NCBI GenBank assembly: GCA_964417635.1
Contig: CAYQIY010000005.1
Location: 14,070 to 78,069, forward strand
Source: an uncultured Pseudomonadota bacterium
GTDB taxonomy: Bacteria > Bacillota > Sulfobacillia > JAUYEF01
DNA: 64,000 bases
Direction: 5' to 3'
The translations under genes were made by a program, and so were the position numbers. The notes beneath the pieces were generated by a model. It did no database searches, had not been told where the DNA came from, and saw only the letters and a list, made by a program, of their open reading frames with translations. Of this stretch, positions 51,144 through 59,775 are shown in pieces (position 1 is the stretch's first letter; each line of letters opens with the position of its first letter).

Positions 51144-53441
51144 ATGAGCGTGCAGCACTCATCCAAGCACCTGAGGATGAGAGTCGAGTTTACCAGCATG
51201 CTCTTGCTGTCATGCATAATTGTGTCATGCGTGTTCTCGAGTGTTGCGCGCGCCACAGAGATACAGCCGGCAATACGCCTTACGGACGAAGAGATCGAGT
51301 GGTTGAGACAGCATCCTGTAATCAGGGTGGCACAAGATCCGAACTGGCCACCCATTGAATTCGCGTGCGAGGACGGAAGCTTCTGCGGTATGTCAAAAGA
51401 CTACCTGGAGCTGATAGAACAGCGGCTTGGGATCAAATTCGCTCGGGTAACCGGACTCACCTGGCAGCAGGCATACGATAGGCTTCGACGATTCGACATA
51501 GACATGACCACGTCCGTAAGCGTGACGCCCGAAAGGACAGAGTTCTGGGCGTTCACTCGTCCTTATATGGAAGTCCCCATAGTCATTGCCACTGCAATGG
51601 ACGTAACGTTCATTCGAAGTATGGATGAGCTTGTGGGGCGCAAGGTATCTGTGGTCGAAGGCTACTTGGTGTGCGAACTTATGCCACAAGACTATCCTGG
51701 CATCGAACTCGTGCGCGTAGAGAACACTCTCGCAGGGCTAGAGATGGTAAGCCGTGGAGAAGTGTTTGCTCACGTCGACAATATGCTCGTCATAAGCTAC
51801 TACCTTGCAAAGATGCGTTCGGTAAACCTAAAGATTGCGGGTGAGACGCCGTACGTGAACGCACAGGCGATGGCCGTACGAAATGACTGGCCAGAACTCG
51901 CACACATACTGCAAAAAGCTCTGGACTCAATTACACCCGCAGAGCATGAAGAGATTTACAGGCGATGGCTTCCCATTAGGTATGAGCAGCAACCTGACTA
52001 CGGTCTTGTGTGGCGCGTTGCTCTTTGGGCTGTAGCGGTGACGGTGGTATTGCTCTTGTGGAACCGCAGGCTTGCAGCCGAAATAAGGGTGCGTCGCAAA
52101 GCGGAGCACGCCTTGGAAAGAAGCGAAGCGCGCTTTAAGCTGCTGTTCGATTCGATGAGTCAGGGCGTTGTGTATCAAGATGCAGACGCAAGGGTCGTGG
52201 CCGTCAATCCGGCGGCAGAGCGCATTCTTGCGACTTCGGCCGAAGCCCTGATTGGCCAAGAACTGACTCAAGCAGAGTGCGATCAGCAGTTGGTTGACGT
52301 AAGCAGTTTCTCAAGCGACGAGCACCCCGCCGTGATCGCGCTCAAAAGCGGCAGGCCGCAGCATGCTGTCATGCGCGCCCGAAGCAGCACGGGCGAAGAG
52401 CGCTGGATCGAGATCTCGGCCAAACCCCAGTTTGAGGGTGCAAGCAGCACGCCGTATTTGGTGCTCAGTGTGCTTGGAGACATCACCGAACAGAAGCTTG
52501 CGTGGGAGCGCGTTCGAAAAGCGCAGGCTGAATCCGAAAGGCTTCTCAAGGGGGCCAATGAATCTCGTCGCGTGCTGCTCAGTTTGCTTGAAGACAAGAA
52601 CGCTGCAGAGGCAGAGATACAAAGGCTTAATCAAGAACTAGAAGACAGGGTCGAACAGCGCACCGAAGAACTGAGGCGAAGCGAGCAGCAACTCAGGAAG
52701 ACGGTTGACGAGCTAAACCAGTATTCGGCAAGGCTCGATAGGGTTAACGCTGAACTCGCGGCCGCGAACCGCGAACTCGAAGCTTTCAGCTACTCAGTAT
52801 CGCATGACCTCAAAGCGCCTCTCAGGCACATAGCGGGTTTTGCCGAGCTGCTCGACGCTGCCAACAAAGACCTGGATCCAAAATCCAGGCACTACATAAG
52901 AACAATCCTAGAAGCAGCCAAGAGAATGGGACAACTCATTGATGACCTGCTTACGTTTTCACGAATGGGTCGGGTAGAGATGCTCAGCAGGAAGGTGAAC
53001 ATGAATGAGCTGGTAAAAGAGGTAGTCTCAGAATTTGAGGAAGAGACAGCCGGGCGGAAGATTGATTGGGTTGTTCAAGAATTGCCGAGTATTTCGGGTG
53101 ACCCCTCGATGCTTCGCGTTGTGTTTGAGAACCTAATTTCCAATGCCGTCAAATTCACCAGGGCGCGCGAGAAAGCCAGGATCGAAATCGGCGGCAGAAC
53201 TGATGGCAAAGAAGCCACGTTCTACGTCAGAGATAATGGCGCCGGTTTCGACATGGCGTATGTCGACCGCATTTTCGACGTGTTTCAGCGGCTGCATTCG
53301 CGAAGCGAGTTTGAGGGCACAGGCATAGGGCTTGCCAACGTGAAGCGGGTGGTCGAACGGCACGGCGGCACGGTATGGGCACAAGGAGAACTCGATGAAG
53401 GAGCGACGTTCTACATCGCATTGCCTGTAAGAGAGGTGTGA
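51144..53441 (+). CDS. sensor histidine kinase with periplasmic family-3 solute-binding domain, TM, PAS, HisKA, HATPase_c
   Basis: Signal peptide; H-box YSVSHDLKAPLRHI; N/G-box motifs; start ATG 51144 after GAGGTGG. Confidence 0.8.
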   Translation: MSVQHSSKHLRMRVEFTSMLLLSCIIVSCVFSSVARATEIQPAIRLTDEEIEWLRQHPVIRVAQDPNWPPIEFACEDGSFCGMSKDYLELIEQRLGIKFARVTGLTWQQAYDRLRRFDIDMTTSVSVTPERTEFWAFTRPYMEVPIVIATAMDVTFIRSMDELVGRKVSVVEGYLVCELMPQDYPGIELVRVENTLAGLEMVSRGEVFAHVDNMLVISYYLAKMRSVNLKIAGETPYVNAQAMAVRNDWPELAHILQKALDSITPAEHEEIYRRWLPIRYEQQPDYGLVWRVALWAVAVTVVLLLWNRRLAAEIRVRRKAEHALERSEARFKLLFDSMSQGVVYQDADARVVAVNPAAERILATSAEALIGQELTQAECDQQLVDVSSFSSDEHPAVIALKSGRPQHAVMRARSSTGEERWIEISAKPQFEGASSTPYLVLSVLGDITEQKLAWERVRKAQAESERLLKGANESRRVLLSLLEDKNAAEAEIQRLNQELEDRVEQRTEELRRSEQQLRKTVDELNQYSARLDRVNAELAAANRELEAFSYSVSHDLKAPLRHIAGFAELLDAANKDLDPKSRHYIRTILEAAKRMGQLIDDLLTFSRMGRVEMLSRKVNMNELVKEVVSEFEEETAGRKIDWVVQELPSISGDPSMLRVVFENLISNAVKFTRAREKARIEIGGRTDGKEATFYVRDNGAGFDMAYVDRIFDVFQRLHSRSEFEGTGIGLANVKRVVERHGGTVWAQGELDEGATFYIALPVREV

Positions 53442-53446
53442 GATGC

Positions 53447-53899
53447 GTGGAGTTACTTGGAAGGATACTTCTGGTTGAGGATGACCCCAACGATGTTGAG
53501 CTCACGCTGACTGCGCTTGAGCAGCACAATCTGAGAAACGAGATCGTGGTGGCATATGATGGGGAGGAGGCGCTGGACTACCTATACCGTAGAGGTCGCT
53601 TTGTGGGCGTGCCGCCAGCGCAGCCTGCGGTGGTACTGCTTGATCTGAAGCTTCCAAAGATAAGCGGGTTTGAGGTTTTGCGTCAGATAAAGTCAGACCC
53701 GCTTCTCAAGATGATACCAGTGGTTATCCTCACTTCTTCAGGTGAGGATAAGGACCTTGCCAAATGCTATGAACTTGGCACCAGCGCTTATGTAGTCAAG
53801 CCGGTGAATTTCCACGAGTTTGTGGACGCTGTAAGAGACATAGGCGCGTTCTGGGCGGTTCTTAACGAACCGTCACCCGGTTGTGTGAAAAGAAGATGA
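53447..53899 (+). CDS. single-domain response regulator (CheY-like REC)
   Basis: LLVEDDPNDVEL...VLLDLKLPK with phospho-acceptor Asp; overlaps kinase stop. Confidence 0.8.
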   Translation: MELLGRILLVEDDPNDVELTLTALEQHNLRNEIVVAYDGEEALDYLYRRGRFVGVPPAQPAVVLLDLKLPKISGFEVLRQIKSDPLLKMIPVVILTSSGEDKDLAKCYELGTSAYVVKPVNFHEFVDAVRDIGAFWAVLNEPSPGCVKRR

Positions 53900-53921
53900 T
53901 GTATGGCGAGGAGGCGGCGTC

Positions 53922-55298
53922 ATGAAGCACAGAGTGCGCATTCTACATCTTGAAGATGACATTAACGATGCCGAACTTATCGCGGCGAAGATAGCAATGG
54001 CCGGAATTTCGGTAGAGTTCGAGCGTGTTGAAACAGAAGAGGATTTTCTCAATGCGCTCCGATACAACAAGTTTGATATCATCCTATGCGATTACGCGCT
54101 GCCATCGTACGACGGCATGGCGGCGCTAGAGGCCAAGCGCCGACTATGCCCTAACGTGCCCTTCATATTCGTCTCAGGCACCATGGGAGAAGAGCCTGCA
54201 ATTGACGCTTTGAGACTCGGAGCAACGGATTATGTGCTGAAACACAGGTTATCCCGGTTGGTGCCTGCGGTTACGCGCGCTCTGAACGAAGCTGAGATGG
54301 TACGAACGCGAATGAAGGCTGAGCAGTCTTTGCGTGAGAGCGAAGCCAAGTTCAGGGAGATATTCGACAGCATTATCGACTTGTTCTACCGTACGGACGC
54401 TGAAGGCCGTGTTCTCATAGTATCACCTTCTGCGGCGAGTGTTCTCGAGTACTCCCCCGAAGAACTGGTAGGCAAGAATTTGCTCGATTGCTTCCTCGTA
54501 GAAGAAGATCGCCAACGCTTCAAGACGATGCTCGAAGAATTCAGCGAGGTGCGCGAGTTTGAGGCGCCGATGCTCACAAAACAGCGCAAAGTGGTATGGG
54601 TTTCGACGAATGCACGGCTATATCCGGATGAACGCGGAGGAATTCTCGGCGTTCAGGGGGTTGCCAGGGATATAACCGACCGTAAGCACGCCGAAGACGA
54701 ACTTCGTTCGGTCGCACAGAAATTCAAGAAGGCACTTGACGGCAGTATCGCGGCGATGTCGGCGATAGTCGAGATGAGAGACCCGTACACTTCAGGTCAC
54801 CAGAAGCGAGTCGCCCAACTTGCAGGAACGATAGCATCTGAACTCGCGCTCTCTGGCGAGCAGATTGAGGCGGTGTACACGGCTGCAGCCATTCACGACG
54901 TTGGTAAGATCAGCGTGCCGTCAGAGATACTGAGCAAGCCGTCTAGGCTCAATCATATCGAGACAATGTTCGTGCGGCGCCATCCTCAAGAAGGCTATAG
55001 CATACTCGCAAACATCGACTTCCCTTGGCCGCTTGCAGAAATTGTGTACCAGCACCATGAACGGTTTGACGGTTCGGGTTACCCGAGAGGCCTCACCGCT
55101 GTAGATATGCTTGCGGAGTCAAGGATCATTGCGGTGGCGGATGTGGTAGAAGCAATGGCTTCGCACAGACCGTACAGGCCTGCGCTCGGAATCGAGACTG
55201 CTCTTTGTGAGATCGAAGAACACAGCGGAGAATTGTACTGTCCCGAAGTGGTTGCCGCGTGTCTGAGACTGTTCAGAGAGAAAGACTACGTGCTATAG
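53922..55298 (+). CDS. response regulator with REC, PAS and HD-GYP (c-di-GMP phosphodiesterase) domains
   Basis: ILHLEDDIND REC; HHERFDGSGYP HD-GYP motif. Confidence 0.8.
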   Translation: MKHRVRILHLEDDINDAELIAAKIAMAGISVEFERVETEEDFLNALRYNKFDIILCDYALPSYDGMAALEAKRRLCPNVPFIFVSGTMGEEPAIDALRLGATDYVLKHRLSRLVPAVTRALNEAEMVRTRMKAEQSLRESEAKFREIFDSIIDLFYRTDAEGRVLIVSPSAASVLEYSPEELVGKNLLDCFLVEEDRQRFKTMLEEFSEVREFEAPMLTKQRKVVWVSTNARLYPDERGGILGVQGVARDITDRKHAEDELRSVAQKFKKALDGSIAAMSAIVEMRDPYTSGHQKRVAQLAGTIASELALSGEQIEAVYTAAAIHDVGKISVPSEILSKPSRLNHIETMFVRRHPQEGYSILANIDFPWPLAEIVYQHHERFDGSGYPRGLTAVDMLAESRIIAVADVVEAMASHRPYRPALGIETALCEIEEHSGELYCPEVVAACLRLFREKDYVL

Positions 55299-55434
55299 GC
55301 CATCTGCTTCGCGGCTATTCTGACCTGACATATCTAGCACAAAACCTTCACAAACCTCGTACCACGTGTACACAGAATACGCACAGCTAGAAGGTAGACT
55401 TAACTCAGGTCAGATTCGGAAGGAGGTGGCTTTA

Positions 55435-55806
55435 ATGAAAAGGAGCATGATTGCGGTTATGGTCGCAGCGGCACTGTTGCTTGTGGCAGGGCAGGCGATG
55501 GCCCAGAGCGCTTCAGAAGCGAGTCGTGATTGCGTAGTGCTGCCTGAGCACAAAACGCAGGTGGCAGAGATTATCGAGGGGTTTCAAGCGCGGATGCAAG
55601 AACTAAGAGACAGAATCGCCCAACTGCGCGGAACCGGTAGCACCGATGCAATTCAGCAGATCCATGACGAGAGGGTTCTCATACACAGAGAGAAGATCGA
55701 AGCCATGGCTCCATACGTAAGAGAGGATGCGCTAGAAGCGTTCTTAGACAAGAGCCTGGCGCGCGCTAGGAGAACGGCCCAGCATACAAGGTTGCAGGCC
55801 AACTAG
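55435..55806 (+). CDS. small secreted alpha-helical protein (possible Spy/CpxP-like periplasmic protein)
   Basis: Signal peptide MKRSMIAVMVAAALLLVAGQAMA; ATG 55435 after AGGAGGTGG; family guess weak. Confidence 0.5.
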   Translation: MKRSMIAVMVAAALLLVAGQAMAQSASEASRDCVVLPEHKTQVAEIIEGFQARMQELRDRIAQLRGTGSTDAIQQIHDERVLIHREKIEAMAPYVREDALEAFLDKSLARARRTAQHTRLQAN

Positions 55807-55824
55807 CTCGACCAGACCTTTATG

Positions 55825-55853
55825 CAGGCCCCGCGTGTTGTGTGCGGGGCCTG
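55825..55853 (+). terminator. intrinsic terminator
   Basis: Perfect 10-bp stem CAGGCCCCGC-gtgttgtgt-GCGGGGCCTG then UGUGCAUGUUG. Confidence 0.55.
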
Positions 55854-55922
55854 TGTGCATGTTGCACCCTGTCCCGCACGGACTCTGCCGATGTGTTGAC
55901 GGCGCGACGAAAGTCGCATACA

Positions 55923-55944
55923 AATGAATGAACGTTCATTCATT
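55923..55944. promoter_or_regulatory. 22-bp perfect palindrome AATGAATGAACGTTCATTCATT
   Basis: Seen directly; candidate operator ~75 nt upstream of conserved element copy 1. Confidence 0.4.
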
Positions 55945-56019
55945 CTAGGAGAGATGCTGATGCGCGAGCAAGAAGACAAGAAGGAACAGATAAGGCGGGC
56001 AGCGGCGCGGGTCAACCCT

Positions 56020-56182
56020 GAGAGACGTGATAGGGTAGTCGGGAGCAAATCGGTGGGGATTCACCCTTGACGGGACCATTGTATCGCATAGATTCAACCA
56101 TATATGCAAGGTCGTAAGACTCGTAGATCAACTACGAGAACGAGAGATCTAGAGTCCTAAACTCAAAAGATGGAGATAGGAG
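56020..56182 (+). ncRNA. conserved non-coding element copy 1 (candidate structured cis-regulatory RNA / 5' UTR), ends in the SD of the cupin gene
   Basis: 5' block GAGAGACGTGATAGGGTAGTCGGGAGCAAATCGGTGGGGATTCACCCTTGACGGGAC and 3' block AACTACGAGAACGAGAGATC...ACTCAAAAGATGGAGATAGGAG also occur at 57854-58020 with the same ~165-nt spacing. Confidence 0.4.
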
Positions 56183-56191
56183 TGAGAGTAC

Positions 56192-56482
56192 GTGAAAGTA
56201 GTTGATCTGGACAACCTCAGAGTCGATGGTCGCCGCGCAATGCTCCAGAGCGCGGCAAGACACAAAGTGATTCTCGTTGAACTCGATGCAGGTGGCGAGA
56301 TCGAAAAATGTGAGATGAACTGTCACGTGCTATTCTTGGTGCTCGACGGATCGGCAGAAGTGTGGGTAGATGGTGAGAAGACGACTATCTCAAAGCACTC
56401 ATGTCTTATGACAGAGCCTGCCACTCTCGCTATGCAGTCTTCCGACGGGGTGCGTTTCGTTGGTGTGCAGATTGATGTCTAG
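56192..56482 (+). CDS. cupin-domain protein (96 aa)
   Basis: Small beta-rich protein with cupin-like motif pattern; GTG start 9 nt after GGAGATAGGAG. Confidence 0.55.
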   Translation: MKVVDLDNLRVDGRRAMLQSAARHKVILVELDAGGEIEKCEMNCHVLFLVLDGSAEVWVDGEKTTISKHSCLMTEPATLAMQSSDGVRFVGVQIDV

Positions 56483-56505
56483 CGGAAGGGGCCAATGAAC
56501 GCAAT

Positions 56506-56533
56506 CAACCAGCCGCAGGAAGGCGGCTGGTTG
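56506..56533 (+). terminator. intrinsic terminator after cupin gene
   Basis: Perfect 11-bp stem CAACCAGCCGC-aggaag-GCGGCTGGTTG then AUGUAUU. Confidence 0.5.
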
Positions 56534-56856
56534 ATGTATTGAAGGGAGTAGCTTCGCGGTTCTATCCGCAAACATGCTATCCGACTGAGACCCAGAGTGT
56601 AGAGAACGCTCAAACCAAGACCTTCGGGAACCACGTTAGTGAAACCAAACTATCCAATCCCCTGCTCTGCCTGGCGAAGCTGCTCCCTGCTATAATTATA
56701 GAATATTGCAAGAGTAAAAACAACAACAATTAGTGTGACCTGAGATGGTAATTGCTGTAGACACGTTAATGGCCTAAAGGATACACTTTAGATAGATGCA
56801 TTGCCCGAACCACTCCGGATCCCGCGATTCTCAGATAGTACAAGGGGGATATAGGC

Positions 56857-57171
56857 GTGAAACTGGTTCTGGCAGTGGTGCAGGACAAAGACTGGCCGCG
56901 GCTTCAGGCTGCGCTGACCCGACAAGGGTTTCGCGTAACAAAACTCTCAAGCACGGGAGGGTTTCTGAGGCAAGGCAACACTACCCTTTTCGTGGGAACA
57001 GAGGATAGCCGCGTGGACAGCATCATAGAAATCGTGCGCGAGACATGTAGGTCGAGAGAGCAATACGTCGATGCTTCGGTATCCGGACAAGATGCAGATA
57101 TGCCGGTGAAGGTAGTGATCGGCGGAGCTACGCTTTTTGTCGTCGCGCTTGAGCGGATGGAGAGAATCTAG
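56857..57171 (+). CDS. darA: PII-like cyclic-di-AMP receptor DarA (YaaQ/DUF970 family)
   Basis: MKLVLAVVQDKD..FRVTKLSSTGGFLRQGNTTLFVGTEDSRV...GGATLFVV closely parallels B. subtilis DarA; GTG start after AAGGGGGAT. Confidence 0.75.
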   Translation: MKLVLAVVQDKDWPRLQAALTRQGFRVTKLSSTGGFLRQGNTTLFVGTEDSRVDSIIEIVRETCRSREQYVDASVSGQDADMPVKVVIGGATLFVVALERMERI

Positions 57172-57221
57172 GAGCACCATCTGTTAGTGCGAACACTACA
57201 CCCGGTCTATTGGCGGGTGTC

Positions 57222-57249
57222 GCTGGTTCGGACCCAGCATTGACCACCA
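57222..57249 (+). other. tRNA-like 3' fragment (T-arm GCTGG-TTCGGAC-CCAGC, acceptor 3' strand and CCA) lacking a matching 5' half; possible att-site remnant
   Basis: Seen directly; T-loop non-canonical, no complementary 5' acceptor upstream. Confidence 0.3.
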
Positions 57250-57351
57250 TTCATTTGCCTAGCAGAAGCATGGGTCTTGGTGACGGACTCCTGCTTCTCT
57301 TTGCTGTGCCGTGGGGCCACGACGCGGCCTGTTGTGCTCACAAGTTTCCGA

Positions 57352-57474
57352 TGTGCCCGAAGCCATGGCGTCGAACGCCGCGGCAGCCGCCTCTTGCATG
57401 CTGGGAATCACATGTGAGTAGGTGTCCAGAGTCGTCGCAATCCCGCTCTTATGGCATGGCTTCCGGAAATCACC
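57352..57474 (-). pseudogene. C-terminal remnant of tyrosine recombinase / phage integrase
   Basis: Minus-strand translation ...CHKSGIATTLDTYSHVIPSMQEAAAAAFDAMA reproduces the integrase C-terminal catalytic-Tyr block; no upstream integrase body. Confidence 0.6.
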
Positions 57475-57853
57475 GAGCCCGATAGTCTCGTCAACGAAGA
57501 ACTCCATTTGCCGGTCATTCGAGCAGACCGGTTGCATCGGTTTAGGCACGAGGTTGGCCTGGTGCCGGTCTTCGGTCCGGTCAAGCGTCACCTGATTTGC
57601 CCTTTGGTCTGTTGGCTTCGTGTTCTATCACATGTAACTTTCACTGCTCACTTAAGTGGGCCACCTGTGTCGTGTTCTTTGTCTGAAGGCGTGTATGCCG
57701 AGTCAAGAAATCTGACACATCTCAGGCAACAACAAAACCCTCTTGGGCGGGGATGCTGTCATCCTCCATTAGGGCTTGGACCATGCAGTAAAGCATACAG
57801 CATCCCACCCGATCCCAAGAGGCAGAACGAAGGACTGTAAGGGCAAAGACCGT

Positions 57854-58020
57854 GAGAGACGTGATAGGTAGTCGAGAGCAAGCCCGTGGGGATTCACCCT
57901 TGGCGGAACTCCAACTGCAGAGACTCCAACAACTAGATACTCAGTACTGCACCTTAGGATTTGACATTTAACTACGGGATGGAGAGATCCGCAGTCGTAG
58001 ACTCAGAAGACGGAGATAGG
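57854..58020 (+). ncRNA. conserved non-coding element copy 2; its SD is followed by an 8-codon uORF (ATG 58025) and then ~250 nt before the LuxR-membrane gene
   Basis: Same conserved 5' and 3' blocks as 56020-56182; compensatory U-A to C-G change flanking the GGUG-GGGAUU-CACC hairpin. Confidence 0.4.
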
Positions 58021-58274
58021 CAGAATGGGCGTTGTGATGTGCTTGTACTGAGTAGTGCCTGCTCAAAGAGGCCATATCGCTTGGGTCTATTCCCGGTATC
58101 GCGTCTTGGGTGGATAATCTGGTCTGTGTGTTGCAGGAGGTTCTGGTAGAGCAGTGAATCTATCCCAGTGGAGAACCATATTCCGTGTTTTGAACTGTAC
58201 CGGGCAGTGCGCCGCACGCTGGCTGCGGGCGGAGACTCCGATAACAGCAGCGGCCTTACAGAGGAGAATGGGCC

Positions 58275-59648
58275 GTGAAGCGGAACCCTCAAACCTTGAT
58301 CGTACTCTCTTACGGATCGTTTCTAGGCTGGCTGCTCGCGTTTCCGTTCAGTGGGCCTATACTACATCGACTTGCAGATTCTAAGGGTATCAGTAGTATG
58401 TCGCTGGGGCTTGCGTACATAGGCACGCCCGTCCTGTTTCTTGCGCTTTTCCTCATTTCCCCCAGACGTGAAGAACGAGCCAAACAGATGATGCTTGCCG
58501 GATGTGCGGTGTGTGCCATCGGGTCTGCACTGCTCCTTCTGGCAAGCGCCGTTGTGTTACATGTGCTCATGGCGCTGATGGGCATAGCATCTGTCGTATT
58601 CATCATGGGATGGAGCTACTACTACACTGTGGATGTACCCATCGCAGACAAGATGAAAGCGATGGCACTCGTCATATTGACAGGCAACGTGATTCACTAC
58701 GTACTGACCGTGCTTGGCGAGTCGCTCCTGGTTGGGCCACTGGTCGCGCTTGCGACCATGCCCGTGGTTGCGGCATTCTACGTGAGTTTCCAGATAGCTC
58801 ACGTGCCTCAGCACCGAATTCAGTACCCGTGTGCGCCTGAGTTTCCTTTGAGCCTAATGGCAGTGGTATGCGTGTTCTTGTTCGTGTTGAACCTAAACGG
58901 CGGGCTGATGGCCGAAGCCATAGAGCCGTACTTCAGAGCAAGGGGTTTGTTTTCGGCGTACTACGGAATGATGCCGTACATTCTCACTCTGGCGTTGTAC
59001 TACCTCTGTGCGCACAGAGTACCCAGACTGTTCCCCGTGTACTTTGCCACATCACTACTAGGTCTTGCATACGTTTCGTTCAGTATGTTCGGCCATGCTG
59101 CGGCAGGATATTACCTTACCCAGACTTTTGCGCAGGCAGGCTGGGCTCTTATTGACGTGTTCTTGTGGAGTCTTCTGGGTGAGATTGCATCGATGTACGG
59201 GCGTCCGCTTACGATTTCGTCGCTAGGACTAGGCGTGAACCTAGCCGCGGTATCATTGGGTGCTATCCTGGGTGCGAGGCTTGTGCATACCTCCGACGGC
59301 AATGTCGTTGCAGTCGTGGGACTTACAGCGGTGTCCATAGTGTTCGCCACATTTTTCGTGGTGCCGTTTATGAACGCGCGTATCGAGAGAGATCTTGTTC
59401 ATAGGATGAAGAAGACTGATGCCGTATCTCGTAAGGTGTTGCTACCCGAAGGCCACAGCCTAACTCCGCGTGAACTCGAAATCACGATGCTGTTGTTCCA
59501 GGGCCACAGCAACAAGGATATCGCGAAGCGGCTTAGCATAAGTGAGAACACGTTGAAAGTGCACGCAAGGCACATCTACGCCAAACTTGGGGTGTCGAAT
59601 AAGAAAGAGTTGTTCCAGCTCGCGCTTGAGTCAACAACAAGAACGTGA
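58275..59648 (+). CDS. polytopic membrane protein fused to C-terminal LuxR-type HTH DNA-binding domain
   Basis: ~10-12 TM helices; C-terminal LTPRELEITMLLFQGHSNKDIAKRLSISENTLKVHARHIYAKLGV (GerE/LuxR HTH); GTG start after GAGGAG. Confidence 0.7.
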   Translation: MKRNPQTLIVLSYGSFLGWLLAFPFSGPILHRLADSKGISSMSLGLAYIGTPVLFLALFLISPRREERAKQMMLAGCAVCAIGSALLLLASAVVLHVLMALMGIASVVFIMGWSYYYTVDVPIADKMKAMALVILTGNVIHYVLTVLGESLLVGPLVALATMPVVAAFYVSFQIAHVPQHRIQYPCAPEFPLSLMAVVCVFLFVLNLNGGLMAEAIEPYFRARGLFSAYYGMMPYILTLALYYLCAHRVPRLFPVYFATSLLGLAYVSFSMFGHAAAGYYLTQTFAQAGWALIDVFLWSLLGEIASMYGRPLTISSLGLGVNLAAVSLGAILGARLVHTSDGNVVAVVGLTAVSIVFATFFVVPFMNARIERDLVHRMKKTDAVSRKVLLPEGHSLTPRELEITMLLFQGHSNKDIAKRLSISENTLKVHARHIYAKLGVSNKKELFQLALESTTRT

Positions 59649-59775
59649 TTATGTACGTACGGGTGAGCGATACTCTGTCCAGGACGCAAAAGATAACCCC
59701 TAGGGGTAATATGGAACTGAATATGTGCGTGTTAATATTCAGACACCATATCTTACCTAGCAGGGGGCGTGTGTC

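Noticed and set aside
55958-56068. 36-codon ORF (MREQEDKKEQIRRAAARVNPERRDRVVGSKSVGIHP) overlapping element copy 1
   Set aside because: The second copy has a 1-nt deletion in the same segment that destroys the frame, so the conservation is not at the peptide level.
56020-56077. Glycine or TPP riboswitch identity for the conserved element
   Set aside because: Fragments such as CUGAGAGAC and GGGAGCAA echo glycine/TPP aptamer motifs. The remaining conserved positions (ACCGAAGGGGCAA...CUCAGGC or CCUGAUC.GG.UAAU...AGGGA) are absent and the downstream genes are unrelated to those ligands. Left as unclassified.
57181-57221. Anticodon arm completing the tRNA-like fragment
   Set aside because: The candidate stem ACCCG/CGGGT encloses a 9-nt loop without the U33 position, so only the T-arm/acceptor part is tRNA-like.
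57961-58149. 62-aa ORF starting inside element copy 2
   Set aside because: It begins at a TTG within the conserved non-coding block, has no RBS and is not conserved in copy 1.
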